IMG/VR virus record: IMGVR_UViG_3300005512_000063
Location: 1-46,501 of that record
Length of the DNA stretch: 46,501 nucleotides
Strand: one strand, 5' to 3'
From: a virus
Lineage: Duplodnaviria > Caudoviricetes
Shown here: positions 1-11,200 of the stretch, piece by piece
Numbering within the stretch: position 1 is the first letter of the stretch
Layout of the letters: the number at the start of each line of letters is the position of its first letter
Position numbers and translations under genes: made by a program
Notes under the pieces: generated by a model
Told to the model about the DNA's origin: nothing
The model's database searches: none
Seen by the model: the letters and a program-made list of their open reading frames with translations, nothing else

Positions 1-1431
1 GATGTTATCCGTCCACTCGACACCGGTCCCAGCGGCATCGGTCTGGAGGAGTTGGCGAGCGGAACCGTCGGAGAGTTTGGAGACGGCGATTTCGGCGGTC
101 GCCGACACATCCGCATCGACAATGACACCGGCGCTGATGGCGGCCGTGCCGGTATTGGAGATGGTAATATCCCCGCCGACCTTCCCAAACACGTAGTCGG
201 TTATCCGTGTCGCCGCCGCTTTACGGTTGGTGCCGGCACCACCATCATCGACGATAAATATGTCGGAGTCGGTTAGCGCCGCATCGATGTCAGTTCCGCC
301 GTCGATATCGAGAGCGGATAGGGAAATTTTATTCGCGGTAGATATGGTAGCCAGCTTGGTGTCGACAATACCCGCGCTAGCGTTGATGTCTTCGTTGACG
401 ATCGTGCCGTTCTCGATCATCGCCGATGTGACGGTACCCGTATCGCCGCTGGTAACCAGCGTGCCGGAAACATCGGGCAGAGTGTATGTCCGGTTACCTG
501 TAAGCGTGGCTGCGGTTATGGTGCCAGCGTAGGTTCCCTGGTCAAATGCGAGATCGAGATCGGATACTAGTGTTACCAGGGTATCCGATACCCTAACTCT
601 CTCGTTACTATTAGTAGCTATTGAAAGTTGATTATCATTAGAACGGTATAGGCCTAGCCCGGCGTCGTCAGAGAATGAGAAGGCGGGTGATGACTGATCT
701 CCATAAACACCTTTTAATACTTTATTAATATTCCATGAGTCCGTTGAAACTTTATACAGCAGACTAGATCCTGATCCGGCCACAATTAAACCGGAGTTAT
801 CTGCTTCAGCAGACGTAGTAGCAGATTTAGAGACAACAATGGTCTTGTCTTCTACTTCCAGGGTTGTAGAATTAATCGTCGTCGTCGTCCCTTGTACAGT
901 TAAATCTCCGAGAATAATTAATTCGCCGGTATTATCCCCCTGAGCGGCGGGATCGATCACGAACTGGCTAGGCCCGTACAGGACACCGGTCAGCGTTGTA
1001 TTGTTAAACGTTACGCTGGAAGTTGTTGATACCGGCTGGCCGATGGCCACCACGCCGTCGGTGATGGTGACCCCGGTCCCGCCAGAGAAATGCGCCCGAA
1101 CCTCACTCGCACTGGGTCCGGTGTAAGTGATTACGCCCGTGGAGTCGCTATAGCTCAGAGACCCGTCACCACCGCTATCGGTAACTGAGATAGACTCTCT
1201 CGCCCTAGCAGTAGTGAAGTAGAGATATCCTGGATCTTCAGCTACCTGCGAAGTATCGATGTTATCAAAGTATCCCTTGAGTTCGTTGACAGCGGCTACG
1301 ATTCCGCTTTTATCAGAGGTATCGAGATTACCGATGTCACCCACATCGACTAAGATCCCGCTGGCGTCTACAACGCTCTTTGTAGCGGTCTTAAGGCCGT
1401 ATCTGGCCGTTAGTGATCTAAAAAGTGCCAT
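1..1431 (-). CDS. Tail fibre-like virion protein, partial (runs off the left edge)
   Basis: Not in the ORF track because there is no stop in the window. ATG at 1431 overlaps the upstream TAA. Hand translation gives MALFRSLTARYGLK...LYFTTARARES...GDLTVQGTTTTINSTTLEVEDK...RTYTLPDVSGT, motifs typical of cyanophage fibre proteins. Confidence 0.8.
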   Translation of the reverse strand, partial: MALFRSLTARYGLKTATKSVVDASGILVDVGDIGNLDTSDKSGIVAAVNELKGYFDNIDTSQVAEDPGYLYFTTARARESISVTDSGGDGSLSYSDSTGVITYTGPSASEVRAHFSGGTGVTITDGVVAIGQPVSTTSSVTFNNTTLTGVLYGPSQFVIDPAAQGDNTGELIILGDLTVQGTTTTINSTTLEVEDKTIVVSKSATTSAEADNSGLIVAGSGSSLLYKVSTDSWNINKVLKGVYGDQSSPAFSFSDDAGLGLYRSNDNQLSIATNSNERVRVSDTLVTLVSDLDLAFDQGTYAGTITAATLTGNRTYTLPDVSGTLVTSGDTGTVTSAMIENGTIVNEDINASAGIVDTKLATISTANKISLSALDIDGGTDIDAALTDSDIFIVDDGGAGTNRKAAATRITDYVFGKVGGDITISNTGTAAISAGVIVDADVSATAEIAVSKLSDGSARQLLQTDAAGTGVEWTDNI

Positions 1432-2252
1432 TAGAATAGAGAGATCTGAGAGCTACGTAGAGTCATGGAGCCAGTTATTCCAGCGGTGCGTCGGAACTGT
1501 AAAGAGATCATATCCGTGCCCCCGACATTAGTGGTTATAGCTTGAAACTCTCCCAGGGGGTCCTGAGTACTACCTACAGTTCCATATTCAGTCATATAAG
1601 TATCCGCAGCGTTATGGGATACAAGAAGTTCGGTAATTGAGACTTCATCGGTAGAGGTGTAAATCTCTACGAGATATTTACCACTCTTGTACTCTGATTT
1701 ATCGTAAGACTCTAACTCGACCCAGCCAGTATCCCCCACACCGATGAGTGTTTTAAATACCGATGTTCTAAGGCCTACCCCCGTCTCGCTTATAAACTTA
1801 AACGAACCGAACTCTATGTTGTCAGCTAATCTAACCTCCAAGCTCCCGATAGTATGATCTACGAAGAAAGAGTTAGCATTTAACTCATAGGTCTTTGCTA
1901 AGCCAGAAGTATTGCCGACAACGATGTTATCTTCATCCAAAGGTGAATCTAAAATTCCCGTACTTATCCACGAATCGGATGATGCGTCCCAGTATCTTAT
2001 TGACGGAGAAGCCCCTGAGATGTCTATCCATAACTCCCCCTCTGACAGGTCGGTATAGTTTACCGGACTGGGCTGAGTAGCACTGACATATGCCGGTCCG
2101 ATCTTTCTTATATATCCCAGCGTGTCTTGGATAAAAACACCAACACTATCAGTGTGATAGTTTACTGCAATTTCACCGTCAAGAACATCGGTTGACAGCG
2201 GGCGCCTTTCAAATACCGCGCTACGTATATGCCTATAAGTATCCCTGCTCAT
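1431..2252 (-). CDS. Virion structural / tail-fibre-associated protein
   Basis: 273 aa. RRPLSTDVLDGEIAVNY and EGELWID motifs are common in phage fibre N-termini. Translationally coupled to both neighbours. Confidence 0.65.
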   Translation of the reverse strand: MSRDTYRHIRSAVFERRPLSTDVLDGEIAVNYHTDSVGVFIQDTLGYIRKIGPAYVSATQPSPVNYTDLSEGELWIDISGASPSIRYWDASSDSWISTGILDSPLDEDNIVVGNTSGLAKTYELNANSFFVDHTIGSLEVRLADNIEFGSFKFISETGVGLRTSVFKTLIGVGDTGWVELESYDKSEYKSGKYLVEIYTSTDEVSITELLVSHNAADTYMTEYGTVGSTQDPLGEFQAITTNVGGTDMISLQFRRTAGITGSMTLRSSQISLF

Positions 2253-2971
2253 CAGTACACTCCAGCATCGAGGTTATAGAAGGTATTTGTATCCGGTCTC
2301 ACTGCATCTTCGAAGAAATCTACGACATAGGATTGCATGGCCGAGAGGGGTACGGCGTCGGATCCGAGAACGGGGGTAGCGACACCGGTGATACGTTTAC
2401 CGGATACGTTTAGAGCGACTCCACCATTCGAGACTAATCTTCCCACGGTGAGTAGATTTTCGAACGTAACTGATCCAGAGTTGCTAACATAGCCGATAGT
2501 ATCGCTAGTATCATCGAGCCACTGAGTAACTATCGCGTTAGTACTCGATCCTCTTACTGTCAATGCGATGGCATCGTTAGATCCCGGGTTTATTGTATTA
2601 TCCGCAGTGTTAACGGGAACCTTACGCAAAAAATTATTCGGATCTAGATCTACAGCATCGATTAAATTGTCAACCTCAGACTTTGAGTAAGTATCGCTTA
2701 TAGTGGCATATGTAGTTGCTACTCCAGATTCTATAGTAGATTGCAGAGATGATAGCTGCGTATCGAGATCGGCTTGTTCGATCTGGGAGGCGGAAAGCCC
2801 GGAGATTAAACCGTCAATTCGATTTATTTCAGTATCAAGGTAGGAGCGTGTATAGACAGTAGATACTCCGGCCTTCGAGCTCAGTAGCCTATTAACCTCC
2901 GTCTTAGTATAAAAATCTTGTACCCCTCCCAAATTCGGTGTACATTGATCCCCGTAGTAATTAGCTGCCAC
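2252..2971 (-). CDS. Virion structural protein (fibre-like)
   Basis: 239 aa, GTG start. YTKTEV/YSKSEV repeats and GKRITGVATP..SDAV stalk-like motif. Preceded by the GTTGAAAGC motif at 2993-3001. Confidence 0.65.
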   Translation of the reverse strand: MAANYYGDQCTPNLGGVQDFYTKTEVNRLLSSKAGVSTVYTRSYLDTEINRIDGLISGLSASQIEQADLDTQLSSLQSTIESGVATTYATISDTYSKSEVDNLIDAVDLDPNNFLRKVPVNTADNTINPGSNDAIALTVRGSSTNAIVTQWLDDTSDTIGYVSNSGSVTFENLLTVGRLVSNGGVALNVSGKRITGVATPVLGSDAVPLSAMQSYVVDFFEDAVRPDTNTFYNLDAGVY

Positions 2972-2977
2972 TGGACA

Positions 2978-4459
2978 CTATCCCCCTACTCTGCTTTCAA
3001 CGGGAACACAGATTAGATCGTTGTCTCCGGGGGATAGAGATACCAGTTCTCGGTTTGGCCGATCACATGTTACTTTCTTCTCACATCTATCTTCTTTGTC
3101 GTTTTTGACGCAGTAGAGTTTTTGCCAATAATCAGCCGGAGGAGGACCGGGCACAATCAATTCGCTGTTGGCCGGCATATCAGCAGTAGCCACATAAACA
3201 CAGGTGTGATCCCCACAAGCCGTATCGTACAGGACGATGTCTCCGGCCCGGTAGAAGTAGTTGAGCGCGATCTTCGCATCGCCCCACTGATCGGAATCAA
3301 GGTTCACGAGATCAGTTTCCCAGGTCTCTCCGAACTCTCCCCACTCGGAGAGATAGAGTTGAGGATCGTAATACTCGTAGCCGGATATATCCGGGGAGCC
3401 TACGGGCTCGGATACGTAGATGTGGCAGAGTTCGGTCCAGAGGCTGGGGTCGAATGCGCCGGCAGGAACGGAGACATCAGCACTCGCCTCGTAGAGAGTC
3501 AGTTTGCGACCCCCATCTTCGATACGAACGACCTTATCTCCAGTCCGGTAAGACCGGGTGTCCACGTATTCAGAGATTTGCCAGAGTTCATCGCTCAGGG
3601 CATCTCCATGGTCCCAGGAAAATCCGATGTCACCCCAGGCCGTGTAGGTGCCTTTAGTTGGATCGTAGAACGGATAAAAGGAAATTAGTTCTCTTGCATC
3701 CTTAACGACTCGATATGCTTTTACATCCCCTGAGGTTACAAGAGTTCCAGGAGAAGTAATAATAATACCAGGAGTATCGCTACTCGGATTAACTATAGGG
3801 AAGGTTGAAGGGGTAGGGGTAGCCGGAGCGTCGTTCTCTTGATTAACGACAGAAATGGTCGCTGTTTCTGTGCCTGCGTAACCTCCTGTACTAGAAGCAG
3901 TGGCGATGAGTGTGTAAAATATGTCACCGTCAGGATCAGAATCACTGACACCTGTGACGGTAACGATCTGGGGAGTATACCAGTTAGCTTCTGTGAAGGT
4001 CAGAGTTGTTGGGCTAAGTAAGCCTTCAGTGTCGTCTAATCCTGAGAAAGTGACTGTGACATCAGCGGTTGGTCGTGTGTTGAGAGAAACGGTAAAGGTA
4101 TTAGTGCTCCCGGATTCTGTGGTAAAGAGATTACCTTTACGGAGGTTACTTGTTGTTGTAACCGTAAAAGTATCCAAATCGATGGCAGTAATGGGGTACT
4201 TACCATTTGTCGATTCACCAGTAATGAAAACTAGGTCTATTACAGTACCAGTTGACAAACCGTGATCAGCTATTGTCACGGTTATAGTATTCCCACTTTG
4301 AAAGTAAGTTCCTGTTTTCTCGTATACTGTTCGAAGGGAGCACGTATTAAGGTCAGACGCTGTACACGAGGTACCGCTTACCGATGTGATTCCGGCTTCA
4401 TTCAAAGCTTCGCTTTGCGCGGCGGTTAGAGGGCATCCGGTAAACGATCTGGCAGCCAC
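2978..4459 (-). CDS. Virion protein with an Ig-like (Calx-beta-like) domain and two putative carbohydrate-binding repeats
   Basis: 493 aa. FTVSLNTRPTADVTV...LTFTEANWYTPQIVTVTGV is Ig-like. YRTGDKV...W and YRAGDIV...W resemble CBM5/12-type modules. Confidence 0.6.
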   Translation of the reverse strand: MAARSFTGCPLTAAQSEALNEAGITSVSGTSCTASDLNTCSLRTVYEKTGTYFQSGNTITVTIADHGLSTGTVIDLVFITGESTNGKYPITAIDLDTFTVTTTSNLRKGNLFTTESGSTNTFTVSLNTRPTADVTVTFSGLDDTEGLLSPTTLTFTEANWYTPQIVTVTGVSDSDPDGDIFYTLIATASSTGGYAGTETATISVVNQENDAPATPTPSTFPIVNPSSDTPGIIITSPGTLVTSGDVKAYRVVKDARELISFYPFYDPTKGTYTAWGDIGFSWDHGDALSDELWQISEYVDTRSYRTGDKVVRIEDGGRKLTLYEASADVSVPAGAFDPSLWTELCHIYVSEPVGSPDISGYEYYDPQLYLSEWGEFGETWETDLVNLDSDQWGDAKIALNYFYRAGDIVLYDTACGDHTCVYVATADMPANSELIVPGPPPADYWQKLYCVKNDKEDRCEKKVTCDRPNRELVSLSPGDNDLICVPVESRVGG

Positions 4460-4467
4460 GGAGCTTA

Positions 4468-4896
4468 TTAGTTATAGAGGAAGTTGTCAGACACCATGGT
4501 GATCTCGACAGTGCTAGGGTTACCACTGGTACGATCTACAGCACCGAAGTTTACCGAGGTCAATTGAGCGTCGGGAAGAATAATGGTTCTAGAGCCAAGG
4601 GGCCGGGGGTCTTCGCCGCAGGTCACAGGAGTCACGGTAACAGTGATGAATTCGCAACCATGAGATTTCCAAAAATCCAGAACATCAGCGTGCTGGATAG
4701 GATCGAAGGGGGTGGCGATAGTCATCTCTGATAGGGTCTTGGGCCCTTTGATGTTATAGACCCGTTGACGGATGCCGTCGGCGTATTGAGCGGTGGCAGC
4801 GGTGTCCCGAATACCACTGAATGAGGTAAAGTAATGAGACCAGGGGCTAGCCTGGACATAAAATTGGCTTTGTGATGCCGGACGTATTTGAATCAT
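4468..4896 (-). CDS. Tail tube protein (gp19-like)
   Basis: 142 aa. FTSFSGI...Y..G.....KGPKTLSEMT pattern and size fit contractile-tail tube proteins. Late motif upstream at 4930-4939. Confidence 0.7.
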   Translation of the reverse strand: MIQIRPASQSQFYVQASPWSHYFTSFSGIRDTAATAQYADGIRQRVYNIKGPKTLSEMTIATPFDPIQHADVLDFWKSHGCEFITVTVTPVTCGEDPRPLGSRTIILPDAQLTSVNFGAVDRTSGNPSTVEITMVSDNFLYN

Positions 4897-4963
4897 GGTC
4901 AGAGGTCACTTGTATGTGTTGTCCTACAAAGCTTTCAACACTCAACCTCTAGACAAATTCAGC

Positions 4964-6868
4964 TCACATGTAATACGGTGAGAAGTAAGACCAGTAACCT
5001 GTCTTCTCGGGATTTAAGACAACACATTCTTTGTGAATAAACTTCCTATTGAGCCGATAAGATAGAGAATAGGTGTTAATTAAATCTCTAATTTGTTCAG
5101 GAGACAACTGCTCCTCTCTTAACAGCAGGTTTTCGTACTCGACCATATCTCGGCGTAACCCGTCATATTCTGGGGGCAAAGATCTGTAAGGAATAGTTCT
5201 TATCTCATCGAGAAGACGTTTGGCAGTAAATACGATGTCTCCCGGGCTAGTGTATTCGTCTATCACTAGCCTCGATGTCTCAGCGTCACTATCGCTAACC
5301 CCAGTAGCGAGGCGTTCCCAACCAACTTCGTCCATCCCGCCTTGAGAGAACCTTTCTGAAATACGTTTGGCAACTTTATCTCTAGTAGTCTGATCTTTGA
5401 GATCTCCGTCTTCATCGAATTCGGTAAAGTCGAGATTCTCGCTAGATACCGGAGATCTACTAGATAACATCTGACCGATGGCGCGTTCGCCCAGGACCGG
5501 TGTGTCACTTTCCCCGGCATCAGCGGACTGAGGTTCTCCCATACCCATCTCAGCGGGCATATCTACCTTCTCGAGAGAGGGAATTTCCAGCTTATCTCTA
5601 ACCCAATCAAGATCGCTAACGTTATAGCCAATTGCTTGAAGCTGAGTAAGCATCTGTACAGTCTTGACAGGGTCTTCTCTCTGCTCGAGATCGTCGAAGT
5701 TTCTACGAATCCTCGGTACCGAGGCCCCGGGATAATTTAACTCCGTAAGCCAGCGTATCAACGTTGCATTCAACGTTTCGTCTAGTTCTTCTGAAAAACT
5801 CTTCGCTTTTCTCATCCGTACAGAATCAGCTACGGAATCACGAGCATATGACCCGGTGCTACCCGTATCCTGTCCGACTGTATTCTCTCCGTTGATGAGA
5901 AAACTAATCTGCTGATCGATGTAAGAGATTAAACTTTCATATATTTCCGGTCTACCGTCAGCTTTTAAAAACTCAATGGACATCTCATCGGGTATAGTTA
6001 TCGACGTTTCCTGTCCCAGCCTCTGTAAAGCTGTAAATAGTGATTTAACCTCCTCTTCAGGCGTACCTAGACTAAATTTTCCCACCGCTGTGGGAGTCGT
6101 ATGCTTATCGGCATACTGGAGCCAGAAAGACATCAAGGTGCGGCGGAATTCCACCAGGGAGTAGATTTGTCTACCTAGACCAGTTCCGTACGGGTCCATG
6201 ATGCTGCTATATGCCCAGTGGCGATGAATTATCATCGATCTCAGGGGTATTGGCAATCCTTCTACCGGAGATTGAATGGTAATAATTCTCGGGCTTACAG
6301 ACCCATCCGTATTCAGGATAAACTGGAAGCGTCTGGGATCTCTTATCTTAATCTCTGACGGAACGACATAGGAGCCCTGTCTCACCCAGCAGATTTCACC
6401 AATACTGATGCCTAAGATCAGCGATTCGCACATGCCACGGATAAAAGCATCAAAGCCTGAATTAGCTGTGACAACCATGTCACGACCACGACTCTGAACG
6501 CTATTACTACCCATGTGGTATAATGCTTGGCGAATAAATTCAGCTACTTCTTCGTCTTTATCGCTATCGGAGGCGGGGTATACTTCCCATTTTCTAGCTA
6601 TAATCTCTCCAACTAACTTTTCCCAGGCACTAATAACCGCGCTGTCGTTGAATAACCGGATATAGTTCTCAATGGCCCTAGGACCGCCTCCGGCTTCGGA
6701 GATGAGGATCTCGTCCCTACGAACCAGTATGGTATTACCGGATACAGTTGGAACCCCGTTATACTGATAAGGGTCACCTATGTATCCGGCTAAAGACCCC
6801 TGACTTAGCCCGAGATTATATAAGCGGTCATTGTATCCAGTTTTTACGATGCGCTTCTTATCTGCCAT
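4964..6868 (-). CDS. Portal protein, Mu gp29-like (DUF935), with a long acidic C-terminal extension
   Basis: DPYGTGLGR..Y....F.R.....W..YADKH..P and IDQQISFLINGE...GSYA motifs. Start moved to ATG 6868 (track start 6883) from its spacing to the motif at 6894-6903. Confidence 0.85.
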   Translation of the reverse strand: MADKKRIVKTGYNDRLYNLGLSQGSLAGYIGDPYQYNGVPTVSGNTILVRRDEILISEAGGGPRAIENYIRLFNDSAVISAWEKLVGEIIARKWEVYPASDSDKDEEVAEFIRQALYHMGSNSVQSRGRDMVVTANSGFDAFIRGMCESLILGISIGEICWVRQGSYVVPSEIKIRDPRRFQFILNTDGSVSPRIITIQSPVEGLPIPLRSMIIHRHWAYSSIMDPYGTGLGRQIYSLVEFRRTLMSFWLQYADKHTTPTAVGKFSLGTPEEEVKSLFTALQRLGQETSITIPDEMSIEFLKADGRPEIYESLISYIDQQISFLINGENTVGQDTGSTGSYARDSVADSVRMRKAKSFSEELDETLNATLIRWLTELNYPGASVPRIRRNFDDLEQREDPVKTVQMLTQLQAIGYNVSDLDWVRDKLEIPSLEKVDMPAEMGMGEPQSADAGESDTPVLGERAIGQMLSSRSPVSSENLDFTEFDEDGDLKDQTTRDKVAKRISERFSQGGMDEVGWERLATGVSDSDAETSRLVIDEYTSPGDIVFTAKRLLDEIRTIPYRSLPPEYDGLRRDMVEYENLLLREEQLSPEQIRDLINTYSLSYRLNRKFIHKECVVLNPEKTGYWSYFSPYYM

Positions 6869-6891
6869 GCGGCTATGGGTCACTATTCTTA

Positions 6892-7131
6892 TTAGCTTTC
6901 AACGGATTTTTCGTCCTTACTTTTATACACGACATCGAGATCGAGAATGGCCGAGTATAGGTCTTCTCTGCTTATCTCACCTTTTTCGTACATTTCTATG
7001 GTTTTCTCTGCCCCCTCTAAGTAGACACCGAAGTCTGTATTGGTTAGTATATTTACCCCCTCGCTCTCTTTTTTATCTCTCTTAGATCTTCTTGCCATAG
7101 TTTTAGATACTCCGGTAAGTATTGTTGCCAT
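6892..7131 (-). CDS. Hypothetical protein
   Basis: 79 aa ORF in the same-strand gene run. The true start may be the internal MARRSK. Confidence 0.5.
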   Translation of the reverse strand: MATILTGVSKTMARRSKRDKKESEGVNILTNTDFGVYLEGAEKTIEMYEKGEISREDLYSAILDLDVVYKSKDEKSVES

Positions 7132-7826
7132 CTTTGTTTCCAGCCTTTGACTTCTGATAACTCGGATGGAGGATTGTTTCTGAATTGTTTACGAAGGATG
7201 TGTAAACACGCGGATATAAAATCCTCATTGTGATTATTATAGCATGTTTCGAAGGTATGTCTATCGATAAACGGATAGGATTTATGCAACTCGTGATAAA
7301 GGGGGTCTTCCGATCCAAGCTTATCTTCAATAAGCGATGTATTCCATATATTAAGGGATTTGGAGAGAAGTTTTATACAACTCTCTAACGTGCTTTCACC
7401 ATATTTTACCCTCATACGGTTAAAACTGTCAAGCAAAGAACTGAGAGAATCTATATCTCTAGCTTTGGGCCACCTTGCCGATCTCTCTCCGCACCAGGAG
7501 ATAGTGATAAGGAGGGAGAGTAGAGGCAAGGGTAGATTGTCGGGATTATCTAACTTTTTAGCCATCGCCAGTGCTCCCTCTGCCACTGCGGCTTTGGCTA
7601 TTAGCCCTTCATGTTCGTCTTTGCACTTGCTATGAGACGTATCTTGGTTAAAAGTGTCACGTACCTGCTTCCTCTTTTCCGGTATTTCCAGTAGTTTCAT
7701 CTCCCTCTCGTGCCTGTGCTTCTCCCTTACCTTCCACTTGTCGTGCTCGAGTATTTCTCGAACCAGATCGAGAGGGAGATTTAGACTTGCTAGCCCCTTT
7801 AGCTGTTCCAGAAACTCCTGATCCAT
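7053..7826 (-). CDS. Hypothetical protein
   Basis: 257 aa ORF with ATG start and no recognised motif. Confidence 0.65.
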   Translation of the reverse strand: MDQEFLEQLKGLASLNLPLDLVREILEHDKWKVREKHRHEREMKLLEIPEKRKQVRDTFNQDTSHSKCKDEHEGLIAKAAVAEGALAMAKKLDNPDNLPLPLLSLLITISWCGERSARWPKARDIDSLSSLLDSFNRMRVKYGESTLESCIKLLSKSLNIWNTSLIEDKLGSEDPLYHELHKSYPFIDRHTFETCYNNHNEDFISACLHILRKQFRNNPPSELSEVKGWKQRWQQYLPEYLKLWQEDLREIKKRARG

Positions 7827-8247
7827 TACTCAATGGTAGCACGTCTTGACGAGAAATACTGACAATGTCCTTATAGGACCAAGAATAAATGATGCGGGTC
7901 GAAGAAGATCCTGGCATTCTCCCCATATCAATCCCCCTAAAGAACAGAGTATTCAGCTCTCGATCAATCGCTGCTCCGGGCTCGTCATACATGACGATCC
8001 TGATCTCCTCGGGGACAACTTCCATGGCATAGTGGAGAGAAGCTAAGGTTGCATGATCGTAACCACAGAATACAAGGTGGTTATAGTTTGTCAAGGGTAT
8101 GAAGACCTTTGACGGATCGAGAATAAGCTGGCTTACCTCGACCCCGGGGATTCCGGACAGTTCAGAGTCTAGGTGGGCTATCATTTTTCCCAAATCTCTC
8201 TCTGATGCGGAATTTTCTGTGAAAATTAGGGCTATCTGGTAGGACAT
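7657..8247 (-). CDS. Hypothetical protein
   Basis: Start reassigned to ATG 8247 (MSYQIALIF). This avoids overlap with the 8291 gene and follows the extended -10 TGCTATAAT at 8273-8281. Confidence 0.6.
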   Translation of the reverse strand: MSYQIALIFTENSASERDLGKMIAHLDSELSGIPGVEVSQLILDPSKVFIPLTNYNHLVFCGYDHATLASLHYAMEVVPEEIRIVMYDEPGAAIDRELNTLFFRGIDMGRMPGSSSTRIIYSWSYKDIVSISRQDVLPLSNGSGVSGTAKGASKSKSPSRSGSRNTRARQVEGKGEAQAREGDETTGNTGKEEAGT

Positions 8248-8290
8248 TGGTTGAAAGCTAATTAGCACTAAAATTATAGCACAAAATCTT

Positions 8291-11200
8291 GTGTCTGAGA
8301 TTAGCAGGTTAGTTAAGGAAAGGGCGGGTGTCATCGTTACCAAAGGTATCGACGGATACCAGGGGTATCTCAGTGACCGGGACAAGTTAAGATTTTATAA
8401 AATAGCAATAGACTTACTCTTATCTATCAACGAAAGAATAGAGTCTAGAGAAATTACTACTCTATCCCCCCTGAGAGATCAATTAATCTCTGGAGTATTC
8501 GCTCTAGGGATTAATCAAGAGCTAGCAATATCTCTGTTTAAATCTGTATCAAAAAATCTCTACGAGGAAGTTGATAAGTCTGGTTACAGAGATTCCAGGG
8601 TTTTAAGGGAATTCAGAGAGTACGAATCTCTTCTGGAAGAAGTTATCTCTGATGTAAATGTCCTGTTGGGCGATAATATATCAGAATTTTTGAGTAGCAT
8701 AGATCAGTATTCTGACTCTGAGACACTAATCGATCTAGGTGATACCAGGTCTAGGCTATTGAAAGTCAATAGGCCAGTAAATTCTAAGTTTTCTAGACCC
8801 AGTAGGTTAAAGAAACGCTACAGTGCAGTGTTTGACGAGGGGGTTAGGAGAGTAAGAGAATTTATCTCCAGATCTGCTGTAGATATAAACTCTATAACTT
8901 CTGATTCGAAAGTAGATGTAGAACTCCCCGGCGTAGTAGATACTGACCTGCTTACTGCTACTTTTGCAGGGGAGGGTAAGAAATTATACAGCTCTATTTC
9001 AAATCTGTATGATTTTTATCTCAGATTTGGGTCTTATCAGGGATCATTAGCTAGCGCGGTCACCTACCAATCAATGTACTATGAGTACATAGTGGCCATG
9101 TGCTATGGTAAAAGTCTCCCCTTAGGGGTTTTAAACTCAGAATTTGGTGATTTTCAATCCCTATATGGCAAGAAAACTACGGAGTCTAGAATATCAGGCC
9201 TTAAATTTCTAGAACCTATCTTCTCTACTAGATCGGGTAACCAGAGTACGGTAAACGGTAACCATGTGGCAGAAAGGTTTGTCAATGGGATCTTTGATAG
9301 GTATGTGTATGAGTCTGAACCCGCCACCGACTTTTTATCTCTGTCTCTAGAATCTTTGTATCTCTCTTGCCTACAGGTAGGCGACTATACCCGCTCTATT
9401 TTAAATAACCCGCCTGAGGAGATAGGTGATGTCACCCTTCACTTGAACTTATTGGCAAAAGTCTTCCCTCGGTCTTCTGACATAAGAGAACGTTACACGG
9501 GCATTACTGGTTCGGTTAAAGAACTACTCGATTCTAACAAATTGCTATACGGACTTCTGGGCTATAGTCCGGATCTTAGTGGATATGGGGGTGAGTTTCA
9601 AGCCCTATCTGAGAGATTAGATGAGATCTCCTCGGTACTTAGATCGGTAGGATTTAAGCCGGGCGGGTACATTCCGTCCATAGAGTTAACCTACTACGAG
9701 CCGGACAGAGAAAAGATTAGAGATAATCTTAGGAAGATGGGATTTAATAATACAGAAATTCAGGACATAATGTCGGTATCTAATTTCTCCGAGCTTATCG
9801 ATAAATTCGCACCTCTCACCGACTCATCCGATGTTATCTCCTTCTTCCGTGCCTACGACCTTACTAAATTACTCTATGAATATGGTGGACAGGAGGCTAT
9901 AGACCGGTATATTGATTACTTATACGGGGTGGATGGTGACAAATCAATTCTGAGATTCCTGGATTTTCTTAAAATCGATAGGTCCCAGGCTTCTAAATTT
10001 ACTGAGAATCAGTACTCTCGGCTCATAGGCTATCTCATCCCCCTTACCTATGCTATAGATCCCGACCAGCTTGTTTACTACGACTCTGTATTAAAGGGGA
10101 ACAATCTAGATCTGCTGGAGTCGATAACCTTTTTGTTTGAAAATGGCGTAGAGAATCTTATCAAAGATAAGTCGGAAATATCTCTACTCTCTGGCATGGT
10201 ATCTCAAATGGTGACTATGCCGGGAGATATGTATGACTCTAAAAAAACTCTGTGGAATGATTTGATATCTAAGTCATCGGGGAATGTGGGCAGGGATATC
10301 TCTGGGCTCTATGAAAGAGCGGAGGGGATAATACCCAACGAGTTGTACTCCGCGCTTAATGATCCGAGCCCCTATTCCCCCTTTGGACAGATACTTAACG
10401 GGGTTAGGGGTGGCCGTATGACCTCGTTACTGAGGTACTGCAGTGTATTCGGATTGCTATATACTCTCTCTCCTTATCGCAACTCTGGTCAACTGGTTAA
10501 TAAATCGGCCGAGGACTTCACACTTATCTTGGATCTTATAGACCAGATTGAAAGATTGTCTGAGGTGACAAAACTATCGGCACTGATATTTAACCGGTCG
10601 GAAGAAAATAGTGTTGCCGACTTATCCCCTTACCGCAATCTGCTTAATGTGCAGAATAAACAGTTTAGTGCGTTTGTAGGGTTAATAAGTAACTCTAATG
10701 CCCAGGAAGCAGCTATTGCAGAGTCACCTGGTATAGGGAATTCGCGAATACCGAATGGCCTCAGGGTGGCCAATTCACTCTCTCCCGAAGAAGCAGCTTT
10801 GCTATCCGATCTGGGCCGGTCTACTGGCTCGTTTACATCGAGGTTGGGGGTGGATACGGGTGGTAGTAATTATGTCCGCATCGCTTCAGAGAATCTTTTG
10901 GCTAACGGCCTACTGGCGGGGAGAGATTCCCCCACTGGTATTGTAAACTTAGATACCCCCACTAGCGGGGTATTCTCTGATTATACCATTAAGTACAGCG
11001 TGGCACAGAGTGGTGGTAGTAGCCGCTCAGACTTCGATCCGATAGAATCCTGCAGACGTTTTGGGGGTACCCAGTGCGATGAGTTAGGATACGACACCGA
11101 CTCGATGTGCGGTAAAGACTTTAACAAAGCGTTGTTCCCGGAGACCGGGTATGGCGATGAAACACCTGCCTTCTCTCCCGGCAGCGTGCCTGTAGACAGA

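Noticed and set aside
2-532. Plus-strand ORFs at 2-196, 52-276 and 227-532, and similar antisense ORFs throughout the track
   Set aside because: Shadow frames opposite well-supported genes (fibre, sheath, protease, RT, topoisomerase).
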